This document shows positions 12,451 through 25,601 of a stretch of DNA of 64,000 nucleotides, one piece after another (within the stretch, counting starts at the first letter, position 1; each line of letters opens with the position of its first letter). The notes under the pieces were generated by a model. It was given only the letters and a program-made list of their open reading frames with translations. It was not told the DNA's origin and did not search any database. A program made the position numbers and the translations under genes. Source of the DNA: Eledone cirrhosa (lineage: Eukaryota); assembly GCA_964016885.1 (NCBI GenBank), contig OZ024741.1:50220001-50284000 (forward strand). Direction: 5' to 3'.

Positions 12451-12830
12451 GGTGGCTGCCAACTCGTTTTCGAGTACGGCCAGTACTTTACATCCATGTA
12501 GGAGAAACCCTACCGATGCGCTGAATGAGTGTGACTTTTTAGTCCAGCCAGCGACTTGAAAACTCTGCTACAAACACTACACTTGTGACAATTATTGACA
12601 CACAGTGCTGGTACCATGTGACGACAAGTGCAGAGAGATCTCCAGATATAAAGCAATGCCTGTGCCGTGAAGCTTTTATAGTGAGCAAAGGCACTGCACA
12701 AAGCCAGTCCCACTCTCTTAACCAAGATGATATTTACAAAAAAGAAGAACAAGTCAACATTATTGGATACCATCAGGGTTGCAGGTGTTATATCAGAGTT
12801 TTCCTTCTCCTAGAATTCTGCCTTGACAAA
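12449..12830 (-). mobile_element. 3' fragment of a BovB-like RTE LINE with a C2H2 finger
   Basis: [17 protein letters not shown] motif. Its 3' tail (ggccgtactcgaaaacgagttggcagcca) resembles the tail of the 42097-43749 element. Confidence 0.65.
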
Positions 12831-12870
12831 TATACACATATATATACACATATATATACACAAATATATA

Positions 12871-12938
<68 letters not shown>

Positions 12939-13000
12939 TATGTGTGTATATATATATATATATACACATATATGTGTGTGTATATATATATACACATATA

Positions 13001-13042
<42 letters not shown>

Positions 13043-13046
13043 CACA

Positions 13047-13100
<54 letters not shown>

Positions 13101-13408
13101 TATATATATAAGTGTATATATATGTATATATATATATATATATATACACATATATATATAAGTGTATACACACACATATATATATGTGTGTATATATATA
13201 TATATAAGTGTATACACACACATATATATATATGTGTATATATATATATATAAGTGTATACACACACATATATATATATGTGTATATATATATATATAAG
13301 TGTATACACACACATATATATATATATGTGTATATATATATATATGTGTATACACACACATATATATATATGTGTATATATATATATATAAGTGTATACA
13401 CACACATA

Positions 13409-13478
<70 letters not shown>

Positions 13479-13480
13479 TA

Positions 13481-13582
<102 letters not shown>

Positions 13583-13586
13583 CACA

Positions 13587-14579
13587 TAGCTATGCTGATG
13601 ACACTAATGTAGCACAGGCAATCAAAAACCCGGCTGACGCTGCCCTTTTACAGCAGGATCTGGATGCCATATACAGATGGGCGGAAGAAAACAACATGCA
13701 GTTTAATGCTGGCAAATTCCAAGCCCTACATTACAAACCTGCAAACACAAATATAGTGGAATACAGCTACACAGGACCAAGAGGGACCGATATCCCCGTG
13801 TCAAAATCGATACGAGACCTGGGCATAGACATGAGCGATGATGCATCTTTTTCTTGACACATCATGAAAGGGGCGACAACGTGCAGACGACTCGCTGGCT
13901 GGATCTTGAGGACTTTCCGGACAGGAGATCGAGACACCATGTTTACACTGTGGAGGACTTTTGTCCTAAGCCGCCTGGACTACTGCTCCCAGTTGTGGTC
14001 ACCCCATAGTGTCAAACTAACCACGGAGCTTGAAGAAATCCAGTGAAGCTACACCAAGAGGATTGCCAAGATGAGGGAGACAAGCTACTGGGAGAGCCTG
14101 AAGGAACTGAACCTCTACTCCTTGGAGCGAAGACGGGAGAGATACGCAGTGATCTACATGTGGAAAATCCTGGAGGGACTAGCACCAAACTTTGGCATTG
14201 GGAGCTGGACCAACCGTCGAACAGGACGTCACTGTGTGGTGCCAAAGGTCCCGTCTTCCACATCTAGAATAAGGAGCAGGTACTGCAATAGCCTGGGATT
14301 CAAGGGCCCTCAACTCTTCAACAGGCTGCCGAGGTATCTGAGAGACTTGCATGACGTGGAGGTGGATGTCTTTAAGAAACATCTCGACACCTTGTTATCC
14401 AGGATCCCGGATGAACCCACAGCAAGACACGAGGGAAACCTAAGGGCAGCAGCAACAAACTCCCTCTTACACCAGTGGCCAACCTATACAGGCTGCAGAT
14501 AAAATGTGTAGCAACAAGGGCGGTGCCCCAGCATGGCCTCAGCCGGATGGCTGAAACAGGTAAAAGAGTAAAAGAGTAA
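13587..14579 (+). mobile_element. 5'-truncated CR1-group LINE with internal stops
   Basis: YADDT...[42 protein letters not shown] and LKELNLYSLERRRER motifs. Ends in a (TAAAAGAG)2 tail. Confidence 0.88.
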
Positions 14580-14605
14580 TATACACACACATATATATAT
14601 AAGTG

Positions 14606-14636
<31 letters not shown>

Positions 14637-14669
14637 ATATACACATATATATATATATATACACATATA

Positions 14670-14713
<44 letters not shown>

Positions 14714-14722
14714 TATAAGTGT

Positions 14723-15488
14723 ATCATCATCATCATCATCATTTTCCCTGCTTGCAAGGGTGGGACGGGTCTTATTCAGCACAGCATCTCTCCACTCGTC
14801 ACGGTCCCTCGTCATCTCCACCGTGAGCTTCAATGATCTGAGGTCTGTTCTCACCACCTCCGCCCATGTTTTTCGTGGTCTACCTCTACCACGTCTTCCT
14901 TCAACTGGCATTTCCTGGCACGTCATCACCCATCGGTCATCCTCCATGCGCATCACATGTCCATACCACCTCAGTCTCCTCTCCCGTACACTACATTCTA
15001 TCCCTCTCAGACACAGTTTCTCTCTCAACACATTTATGCTGGGTCGTTCACGCACATTTACACTGCACATCCAACGGAGCATGCTTGCCTCATTTCTCTC
15101 CAGCCGTCGCATATCCTCTGCGGTTGCTGCCCATGTCTCACTACCATGCAGCATCGCGCTCCTCACACAGGCATCATACAACCGGCCTTTCGTACGCAGG
15201 GAGAAACCCTTCTTCGTCAACAGAGAAAGCAGCTCGCTAAACTTCTTCCAACCCGTCCTTATTCTAGATACTATGGCCTCGGAACACCCTCCTCCCATGC
15301 TAATCTGATCTCCTAGGTACCGGAAGCTATCCACCACTTCTATAGCGCCCTCTCGCATTTGAAAAATGTGTCTATCAGTGCGACTCCTACTGTCTAATTT
15401 CCCTGTACATCTACTGCATACATATTTCTCACTACCTGTTAGTTTGCCTGCTATCCCGCTACATCTCTTGTGTACCCAGGATCTGCAT

Positions 15489-15490
<2 letters not shown>
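14723..15490 (-). mobile_element. 5'-truncated RTE LINE, short-3'-end subfamily (RTE-C) with part of the PHD finger and a (GAT)n tail
   Basis: [10 protein letters not shown]...[23 protein letters not shown] and RGRPRKTW motifs. The ORF runs straight into the (GAT)n tail. Confidence 0.88.
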
Positions 15491-15536
<46 letters not shown>

Positions 15537-15639
15537 TATATATATAAGTGTATATATATATATATATATATATACAGACACATATATATATAAGTGTATA
15601 TATATATATATATATATATACAGACACATATATATATAA

Positions 15640-15688
<49 letters not shown>

Positions 15689-15692
15689 TATA

Positions 15693-15748
<56 letters not shown>

Positions 15749-15810
15749 TATATATACACACATATGTGTGTATGTATATATATGTATATATATATATATA
15801 CACACATATA

Positions 15811-15857
<47 letters not shown>

Positions 15858-15858
<1 letters not shown>

Positions 15859-16595
15859 TCATCATCATCATCGTTTCACGTCCATGTTCCACGCTTGCAT
15901 GGGTTTGGACGGGAGTTTTCCCACTTGAGGCAAGAGTGGTTGTCTTGCTCGCATAGGGCTGTCTGGCGGGTTTTCTACAGCTGGATGCCCTTCCTAACAC
16001 CAACCACATTTACAGTGTGGGGCTGGGAGGTTTTTACCGTGTTGCCTACACGGCCACATTACAGCGTGGACTGTGTGTTTTTTTGTCGTGACACCTACAC
16101 GATCTCATTTGTTTCGGCCTGGATGTTGTGGTACCAACATAACTTTACATTGAAAGGGGCGGTGTGGTTGGGGTGGGGGTGGTGGGACGGGGGGGTGTTT
16201 TGTTAGAGATGCCTACTGACTGTAGTAGGTTTTACTTTGTATTTAGGTAAGGCGGGTCTTCTCTATTACTGAGTACCGCCAAAGGTCTCGGTCCAGTAAC
16301 ATTTTCTTGGAGAGTTGTAAGTGTGTGAGGTCGGAATTTATCAGGTCGTCCCACATTTTTCTGGGTCTGCCTACTCCGTGGCTACCGTCTATCTTTATTG
16401 CCCTGCACTTTTTTATACAGCTGTCGTCTTTCATGCGCATCATGTGACCATACCAACGTAGCCTTCTCTCGAGTAAACAACATCTGATCCCTCTTATTTC
16501 TAATTTTTCCCTTAGTTCGTTTATGCTTTGCCGTTCTCGTATATTACTATTACACATCCAGCGGAGCATGCAAGCTTCGTTCCTCTCTAGTCTGC
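15858..16595 (-). mobile_element. RTE-A LINE copy, 5'-truncated and fused to an inverted Penelope fragment
   Basis: [12 protein letters not shown]...EKTRLT*, ~370-bp 3'UTR and (GAT)n tail. Confidence 0.9.
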
Positions 16596-16749
16596 CGTTG
16601 AACCAATCAATCACCGCGAAAGAATTGTTCCACAGTGCGAGAGGGGCCAAATTTCTAATTTCAGGTATAATTCTATCAAGAATCGTTTTACTAAGTCTAC
16701 CTAAATCGGACTTCGTAGGGTTAATAAGCCGAATAGAGGGGTTGTTCGG
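16593..16749 (-). mobile_element. 157-bp inverted duplicate of Penelope ORF segment 17339-17495
   Basis: Reverse complement of ccgaacaacccc...ttcaacggca. Confidence 0.92.
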
Positions 16750-19487
16750 TTGAGCACTCTACTGACTTATATTCATCATGCAGAAACAACATCTGAATAT
16801 TTCTACAAAGAACATACCCGTACCAAGCAGGAAAACATACCTAAAACTCCTGATACAGAAAACAGACGTGTTCATTAAAAGGTTGCGTTGGCGTGCCTTT
16901 TATTTCGATAATCCACGAAAAGCAGACAACAAACAGGACAAATTTGGATTTAAAACCTATAATAACCCTCCGTGGAACCCAGCATTGCTACCCTTCGAAA
17001 ATGATGTCTTGGAACTCATTCGGAGTATCAAATTTCGGAATAGGAGCAATTCCTTCCAGCAAGACCTGAAGAATAGAATTCGTTCTATTAAGGATTCTAA
17101 CGCCGTGCACGTCCATTCCGACAAAACTGGCAACCTATATCAAGTGGAGCGCAGTACTTACCATCAACTACTACATAATGCTGTAACTAAGGATTACCGT
17201 AAAACTAATCGGTGTGTCATCAATGAAATCAACGATGCTGGGTTTAAAATCACATCTGATCTCAACATCCTGGACCGGACCGAACCTCTGGACCCTATCT
17301 CTCCCCACTTTACCCTGAAGGATCACAAATCCAATTTTCCGAACAACCCCTCTATTCGGCTTATTAACCCTACGAAGTCCGATTTAGGTAGACTTAGTAA
17401 AACGATTCTTGATAGAATTATACCTGAAATTAGAAATTTGGCCCCTCTCGCACTGTGGAACAATTCTTTCGCGGTGATTGATTGGTTCAACGGCATATGT
17501 AACAAGGAACATTGCCGTTTTATCCAATACGACATCAACAATTACTACTCCTCCATCACTTTACCACTTCTCCTTAGAGCTATCAATTTCGCTAAAACAC
17601 TCACAGTGGTTAAGGATTTCGAAGTTGATGTCATCCTTAATGCCCGAAAGTCGGTGATTAATTTCGACGATTCTATTTGGATTAAAAAATCCAATAGTAC
17701 CCCATTCGACGTGAGTATGGGCGCCAGTGACTCTGCGGAGGTTACTGATCTTATTGGCCTTTTCCTTCTTTTCTCTATCAAGGACGAATTCCCCAACGCG
17801 GGGGTGGTTTGTACCGTGACGATGGTCTTTTGACCATGACTAAGTGCGGACCTCGTGCTTGCGACAGATTCAGAAAAGAACTCACAGCCTTCTTTAAAGG
17901 CTTCAACCTCTCTATACAGGTTGAGGCCAATCTCTCGGTCGTTAATTACCTCGACGTTACCCTCAATTTATTGAATGGGTTGCATTACCCGTATAGAAAG
18001 CCGAATGATACGCTTAATTACATAAGTAAGCATTCCAACCATCCTGCCAGCATAACCAAGAACCTGGTAAAAAACGTTTCGTTGAGGCTTTCCCGTCTTT
18101 CCACCAACGAGCGCATTTTCAACGACCATTCCACCTATTACAATGAAGCTCTTGCTCGAAGTGGATTTGTCGATAAGGTAGCATATACAGAGTACGAGAA
18201 TAGACCTAGAAGAAATAGATCCCGTCGCATTTGTTGGTTTAACCCACCATATAATATGGAGGTGGCCACACCATTAGCTAAGATCTTTCTTTCCCTTATT
18301 ACGAAGCATTTTCCCCCTACACATAAATATAGTAAAATTTTTAATAGAAACACTATTAAAATTTCTTACTCAACGACTCCTAACCTTGCACATAACATCA
18401 CAGCTTCCAATTTAGCTAAAATACCTAGCCGTAGGAACACGTGCAACCCTGTAGTTCGTACTAACTGTAATTGTAGGAATCGGGCTGATTGTCCCCTATC
18501 CGGGAAATGCCTCTCTAGTAACATTGTCTACAAATGTAAGGTTGTAACACCCACGTCCTGTAGGGCTTACATAGGGTTAACCGCCAATAGTTTCAAGCAG
18601 CGTCTTTACATGCATACCCATTCTTTTCGTTACCCTCTAAGAAGGAATATGACGTCACTTTCAGCTTATATCTGGAGTCTAAAAGACAACCACACCCAAT
18701 ATAAGTTACACTGGGAGATCCTAGCTAGGGCTAGATCGTATTACGGAAATAAAAGACCATGTGACCTCTGCGCCGCTGAGGCCCTGGAAATGCTCTACGC
18801 CACAGACCACATCTTAAACAAAAAATCTGAGGCAATCTCGGCTTGTAAACATAAATTGCACAAAACTTTCCTGTATTACAGCCCCACGTTATACCCTAAC
18901 GGATAGCACGATCTATACGTGGATATTTACGTCTTGATGTGGGAGCTAAGTATATGTTTTGTTTATTCCTTTACTTATTTGCATAGGTAAGTATATATTA
19001 CCCGTATGTTTTGTGAAGGTATGTATACCTTCTCGTACGTATATTTGACAGTTTTGGCGTATAATTTTTACATATTCTGGTATTTAGGGCTTGGTTATGT
19101 GTATATGGGAGTTTTGCGTCTGCGTGAGTATGCTGGTTCGTACGTATGGTGGGTGTGTGTATATGTGTACTTCTTGTTTTAGTTGACTTACGTCTCCGAA
19201 CCTTCATGTATTTATTTGTAGGTATGTGTGTGCGCTTGTTATATACGTATTTATTTACTTATATACGTTTATATAATTATTTATTTATTTGTACACAAGC
19301 ATACACACATACACATATTTATATGTGCGTGGTTTTGTATACCTATGGTAAGGTTTTGCGTATGCTTGTGTATGTACGTATCTGTTTGCGTGTAAGTATT
19401 TATTTGTTCCTATTACTTCTGTATTGTATTTATTTACTTTGTTCTTAACTCTGTAGCGGAGATTCATTCGGTCTCCTAGTTAGAATT

Positions 19488-19745
19488 TTAGTCTACGACT
19501 TCTGCTATACCATTTACGTGGTTTTGTCTTTGCACGCTTTTGTTCTCCACGCTCCACATATGACTTATTATCTTCGTTTTTTCGTTCATTGCCAGAGAAC
19601 GTCTCTATGCACCACTTAGCGAACATTAGTCTACGACCTCTTTTATACCATAAATGTGGTTCTGTCTTTGCAGGTAATTGTTTTTCACCGCTCCTATTAA
19701 TGACGTATTATTCGTTTTTTCCCGTTCTTTGCCAGCAAACGTCAC
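19488..19745 (+). repeat. Diverged ~139-bp tandem duplication in the Penelope 3' region
   Basis: ttagtctacgac...gtctttgca...tgccag..aacgtc at 19488 and again at 19627. Confidence 0.75.
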
Positions 19746-19816
19746 CATGAACCAAAGTATCGTCTTCCTGTCTTCCTCCGGTTGCAACGTTTTTTGAAAT
19801 ATCCAGTTCTGCGTTT

Positions 19817-19892
19817 ACAGATTGACTTTGTTAGTTTCAGAAGATCCCGTTAAGGGTGAAAGCAGCGATTCTTTGCTTAAACTTTAATCTGT
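19817..19892 (+). ncRNA. Hammerhead-like motif with variant core CAGAAGA and extended stem I
   Basis: ACAGATT..AGTTT-CAGAAGA-T CCC GTTAA GGG T-GAAA-GCA(9-nt loop)TGC-TT-AAACT..AATCTGT, followed by AATAAA at 19899. Confidence 0.62.
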
Positions 19893-19999
19893 TATTTTAA
19901 TAAATATTTGCTCTTCGGTTCTTATATATTTGATATGTATTTTCCTTATCGAGCCCTCTCTGGATTTTAGTCTTCAATTTTATTATTATTACTATATAC

Positions 20000-20074
<75 letters not shown>

Positions 20075-20129
20075 TATATATATATATATACATATATACA
20101 TACATAGATATATACATATATACATACAT

Positions 20130-21182
20130 ATCATCATCATCAACGTTTAACGTCCGTGTTCCACGCTTGCATGGGTTTGGACGGGGGTTTTCCCACTTGA
20201 GGCAAGAGTGATTGTCTTGCTCACATAGGACTGTCTGGCAGGTTTTCTACAGTTGGATGCCCTTCCTAACACCAGCCACATTTACAGTGTGGGTCTGGGA
20301 GGTTTTTACCGTGTTGCCTACACGGCCACATTACAGCGTGGACCGTGAGCTTTTTTGTCGTGACACCTACACGATCTCATTTGTTTCGGCCTGGATGGTG
20401 TGGCACCAACATAACTTTACATAGAAGGGGTCGGTGTGGATGGGGTGGGGGTGGTGGGACGGGGGTGTATTTTGTTAGAGATGCCTACTGACTGTAGTAG
20501 GTTTTACTTTGTATTTAGGTAAGGCGGGTCTTCTCTATTACTGAGTACCGCCAAAGGTCTCAGTCCAGTGACATTGTCTTGGTGAGGTGTAAGTGTGTGA
20601 GGTCGGAGTTTATCAGCTCGTCCCAGGTTTTTCTGGGTCTGCCTATTCCGCGGCTACCGTCTATCTTTATTGCCCTGCACTTTGTTATACAGCTATCGTC
20701 CTTCATGCGCATCACGTGACCATACCAACGTAGCCTTCTCTCTAGTAAACAACATCTGATCCCTCTTATTTCTAATTTTTTCCTTAGTTCGTTTATGCTT
20801 TGCCGTTCACGTATATTACTATTACACATCCAGCGGAGCATGCAAGCTTCGTTTCTCTCTAGTCTGCGTATATCCTCTGCACACAATGCCCAGGTCTCAC
20901 TGCCATGCAACATTGCTGTTCGTATGCAGGCATCGTATAACCTGCCTTTCATTTTTAGGGAGAACCTTCTAGCGGCTAATAGTGGTATAAGCTCTCTGCA
21001 CTTTTTCCATCCAGTTCTGACTCTAGCTACTGTACTTTCAGAGCACCCTCCCCCACTGCTGATTTTGTCACCCAGGTAACGGAATCTGTCTACTATTTCT
21101 ATAGAACCCTCTGCGCAATTGAAAGAGCTAGTATTTTGTGAGCACTTGCTGCTACATAATGCACCAGAGCACCGGCCACATG
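20130..21182 (-). mobile_element. RTE-A LINE copy, 5'-truncated
   Basis: ORF 20560-21192 encodes the C-terminal region, followed by the 3'UTR and (GAT)n tail. An inverted UTR fragment lies at 21183-21236. Confidence 0.9.
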
Positions 21183-21236
21183 CCCCCGTCACACCACCCC
21201 CACTCCATCCACACCGCCCCTTTCAATGTAAAGTTA

Positions 21237-21927
21237 CACATATATATACATATATATATATATACATATATACATATATATACATATATACATATATATA
21301 TATATACATATATATATACATATACATATATACATATACACATACATATATACATATACATATATACATATACATATATATACATATACATATATATACA
21401 CATATATATACACATATATACACACATATATACACATATATATAGATGTATATACACATATATTTATACATATATATATACATATATATATATATACACA
21501 TATATATACACATATATACACACATATATACACATATATATAGATGTATATACACATATTTATACATATATATATACATATATATATATATACACATATA
21601 TATATACATATATATATATACACATATATATACATATATATATATACACATATATATACATATATATATATACACATATATATACATATATATATATACA
21701 TATATACATATATATATATATACATATATATATATACATATATATATATACATATATATATATACATATATATATATACATATATACATATATATATATA
21801 CATATATACATATATATATATACATATATATATATATACATATATATATATACATATATATATATATACATATATATATATACATATATATATATACATA
21901 TATATATATATACATATATATATATAC

Positions 21928-21958
<31 letters not shown>

Positions 21959-22199
21959 CATATATATATATACATATATACATATACATATATATATATA
22001 TATATACATATATATACATATATATATATACATATATATATATACATATATACATATATATACATACATATATATACATATATATACATATATATATATA
22101 CATATATATATATACATATATATACATATATACATATATATACATATATATACATATATACATATATATATATACATATATATACATATATATATATAC

Positions 22200-22242
<43 letters not shown>

Positions 22243-22255
22243 TATACATATATAA

Positions 22256-22296
<41 letters not shown>

Positions 22297-22299
22297 TAC

Positions 22300-22346
<47 letters not shown>

Positions 22347-22433
22347 CATATATATATATATACATATACATATATATATATACATATATATACATATACA
22401 TATATATACATATATATATATACATATATATAC

Positions 22434-22470
<37 letters not shown>

Positions 22471-22489
22471 CATATATATACATATATAC

Positions 22490-22520
<31 letters not shown>

Positions 22521-22629
22521 CATATATATACATATATATATATACATATATACATACATATATATATACATATATACATACATATATATATATATATACA
22601 TATATATACGTATATATATATATATACAT
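21237..22629. repeat. Compound (TA)n/(TACA) microsatellite. Similar tracts separate most TE copies between ~11090 and ~43820
   Basis: Other tracts include 12170-12450, 12830-13586, 15491-15857, 23193-24795, 25218-25601, 26738-27753, 30012-30280, 31400-32347, 35717-36312, 39049-40661 and 41484-42097. Confidence 0.98.
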
Positions 22630-22820
22630 ATTTTATAGAAGGAACTTCTACAGGACTAGTACTGTTTCATTCAGATGAAATCTTCACCTGAAGATTTCAT
22701 CTGAATGAAACAGTACTAGTCCTGTAGAAGTTCCTTCTATAAAATAAAAAAATTTTACTCTGCCATGTATTGAGTACCTTACTTACTGTGGTTATCCCCG
22801 ACTCAACCCGGGACCTACGT
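22630..22820 (+). mobile_element. Short Penelope-type terminal fragment: perfect 116-bp palindrome (22630-22745) containing an HHR core, plus a 3' tail
   Basis: The arms meet at tcttca-cc-tgaaga. The core reads CTGAAGA-T TTC ATCT GAA T-GAAAC-AGTACTA-GTC. AATAAA lies at ~22743. Confidence 0.7.
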
Positions 22821-22831
22821 ATATATATACA

Positions 22832-22865
<34 letters not shown>

Positions 22866-23192
22866 CCCGACCTCCCATGGGTACATGCTGAAGCATATAA
22901 ACAATATGCCCCCCCCCCCCCCCCACCGCAAGGTGGTCGTGGAGGTGCCACGGCAAAAAAGCACCCAGCCCACACTGTAAAGTGGACGTGTAGGCGCCAC
23001 GAAAAAGCACCCAGCACTCACTGTAAATGAGGTTGGTGTTAGGAAGGGCATCCAGCTGTAGAAATCAAGCCAGATCAGTTCCTGTATGAGCAAGGCATGG
23101 TCAGCCGACCAGACACTGCCCACAACAGGACAACCCGTCTAACCCATGCTAGCGTGGAAGAACGGACGTAAAACGGTGATGATGATGATGAT
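22866..23192 (+). mobile_element. 3' end of the RTE-B subfamily with (GAT)n tail
   Basis: Matches the 3'UTR of the 46188-46812 copy (gctgaagcatataa.caatatgcc; gaaatcaagcca..atcagttcctgtatgagcaag). Confidence 0.75.
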
Positions 23193-23304
23193 ACATACAT
23201 ATATATATATATACATATATATACATATATATATATACATATACATATATACATATACATATACATATATACATATATATATACATACATATATATATAC
23301 ATAC

Positions 23305-23399
<95 letters not shown>

Positions 23400-23762
23400 C
23401 ATATATATATATACATATATATATATACATATATATATATACATATATATATATACATATATATATATACATATATATATATACATATATATATATACAT
23501 ATATATATATACATATATATATATACATATATATATATACATATATATATATACATATATATATATACATATATATATATACATATATATATATACATAC
23601 ATATATATATACATACATATATATATATATACATACATATATATATATATACATACATATATATATATATACATACATATATATATATACATATATATAT
23701 ATATACATACATATATATATATACATATATATATATACATATATATATATACATATATATAC

Positions 23763-23793
<31 letters not shown>

Positions 23794-23840
23794 CATATAT
23801 ATATATACATATATATATATATACATATACATATATATAC

Positions 23841-23871
<31 letters not shown>

Positions 23872-23888
23872 CATATACATATATATAC

Positions 23889-23919
<31 letters not shown>

Positions 23920-23938
23920 CATATACATATATATACAT

Positions 23939-23972
<34 letters not shown>

Positions 23973-23982
23973 ATATATATAC

Positions 23983-24013
<31 letters not shown>

Positions 24014-24372
24014 CATATATACATATATATATATATATACATACATACATATATATATATATACATATACATATACATATATATATATATACATATACAT
24101 ATATATATATATACATATACATATATATACATATATATATATACATATATATATACATATACATATATACATATATACATATATACATATATACATATAC
24201 ATATATACATATATATATATACATATATATATATACATATATATATATACATATATATATATACATATATATATATACATATATATATATACATATATAT
24301 ATATACATATATATATATACATATATATATATATACATATATACATATATATATATACATATATATATATAC

Positions 24373-24419
<47 letters not shown>

Positions 24420-24479
24420 CATATATACATATATATATATATACATATACATATATAGATATATATACATATACATATA

Positions 24480-24511
<32 letters not shown>

Positions 24512-24512
24512 C

Positions 24513-24611
<99 letters not shown>

Positions 24612-24612
24612 C

Positions 24613-24643
<31 letters not shown>

Positions 24644-24686
24644 CATATATATATATACATATACATATATACATATACATATATAC

Positions 24687-24717
<31 letters not shown>

Positions 24718-24795
24718 CATATATATATATACATATATATATATACATATATATATATACATATATACATATATATATATATACATACATACATA

Positions 24796-25217
24796 CATCA
24801 TCATCATCAACGTTTAACGTCCGTGTTTCACGCTTGCATGGGTTTGGACGGGGGTTTTCCCACTTAAGGCAAGAGTGATTATCTTTCTCGCATAGGACTA
24901 TCTGGCGGGTTTTCTACAGCTAGATGCCCTTCCTAACACCAACCACATTTACAGTGTGGGGCTGGGAGGTTTTTACCGTGTTGCCTACACGGCCACATTA
25001 CAGCGTGGAGTCTGGCGGGTTCTCTACAGCTGGATGCCCTTCCTAACACCAACCACATTTACAGTGTGGGGCTGGGAGGTTTTTACCGTGTTGCCTACAC
25101 GGCCACATTACAGCGTGGACTGTGTGTTTTTTGTTGTGAGACCTACACGATCTCATTTGTTTCGGCCTGGATGTTGTGGCACCAACATAACTTTACATTG
25201 AAAGGGGCGGTGTGGAT
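24796..25217 (-). mobile_element. RTE-A 3'UTR-only copy with two UTR repeat units
   Basis: Near-identical to the other RTE-A 3'UTRs and carries the (GAT)n tail. Confidence 0.88.
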
Positions 25218-25269
25218 ACATATATATATATATACATACATATATATATATATACATATATATACATAC

Positions 25270-25316
<47 letters not shown>

Positions 25317-25357
25317 CATATATATATATACATATATATATATATACATATATATAC

Positions 25358-25388
<31 letters not shown>

Positions 25389-25493
25389 CATATATATATA
25401 TACATATATATATATATACATATATATATACATATATATACATATATATATATACATATACATATATATACATATACATATATATACATATAC

Positions 25494-25564
<71 letters not shown>

Positions 25565-25601
25565 CATACATATATATATATATACATACATATATATATA
25601 T

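Larger units (their letters stand above)
16750..19993 (+). mobile_element. Penelope-like element (Naiad-like) with RT plus C-terminal GIY-YIG, one frameshift, and a long 3' region ending in an HHR-like motif
   Basis: ORFs 16778-17833 and 17809-18906 join near 17800. Motifs are DKTGN, RLINP, FIQYDI..YYSSI, FDVSMG..D.AE, GLYRDDGL, YLDVTL, WFNPP, CNCR...CPLSGKC, VYKC...YIGLT...FKQR and CDLC..E. Clade assignment is from recalled motifs. Confidence 0.9.

Noticed and set aside
18907-19800. SECIS element in the Naiad-like 3' region
   Set aside because: There is no in-frame TGA in the ORF, and no convincing AUGA/AA/GA hairpin was seen by eye.
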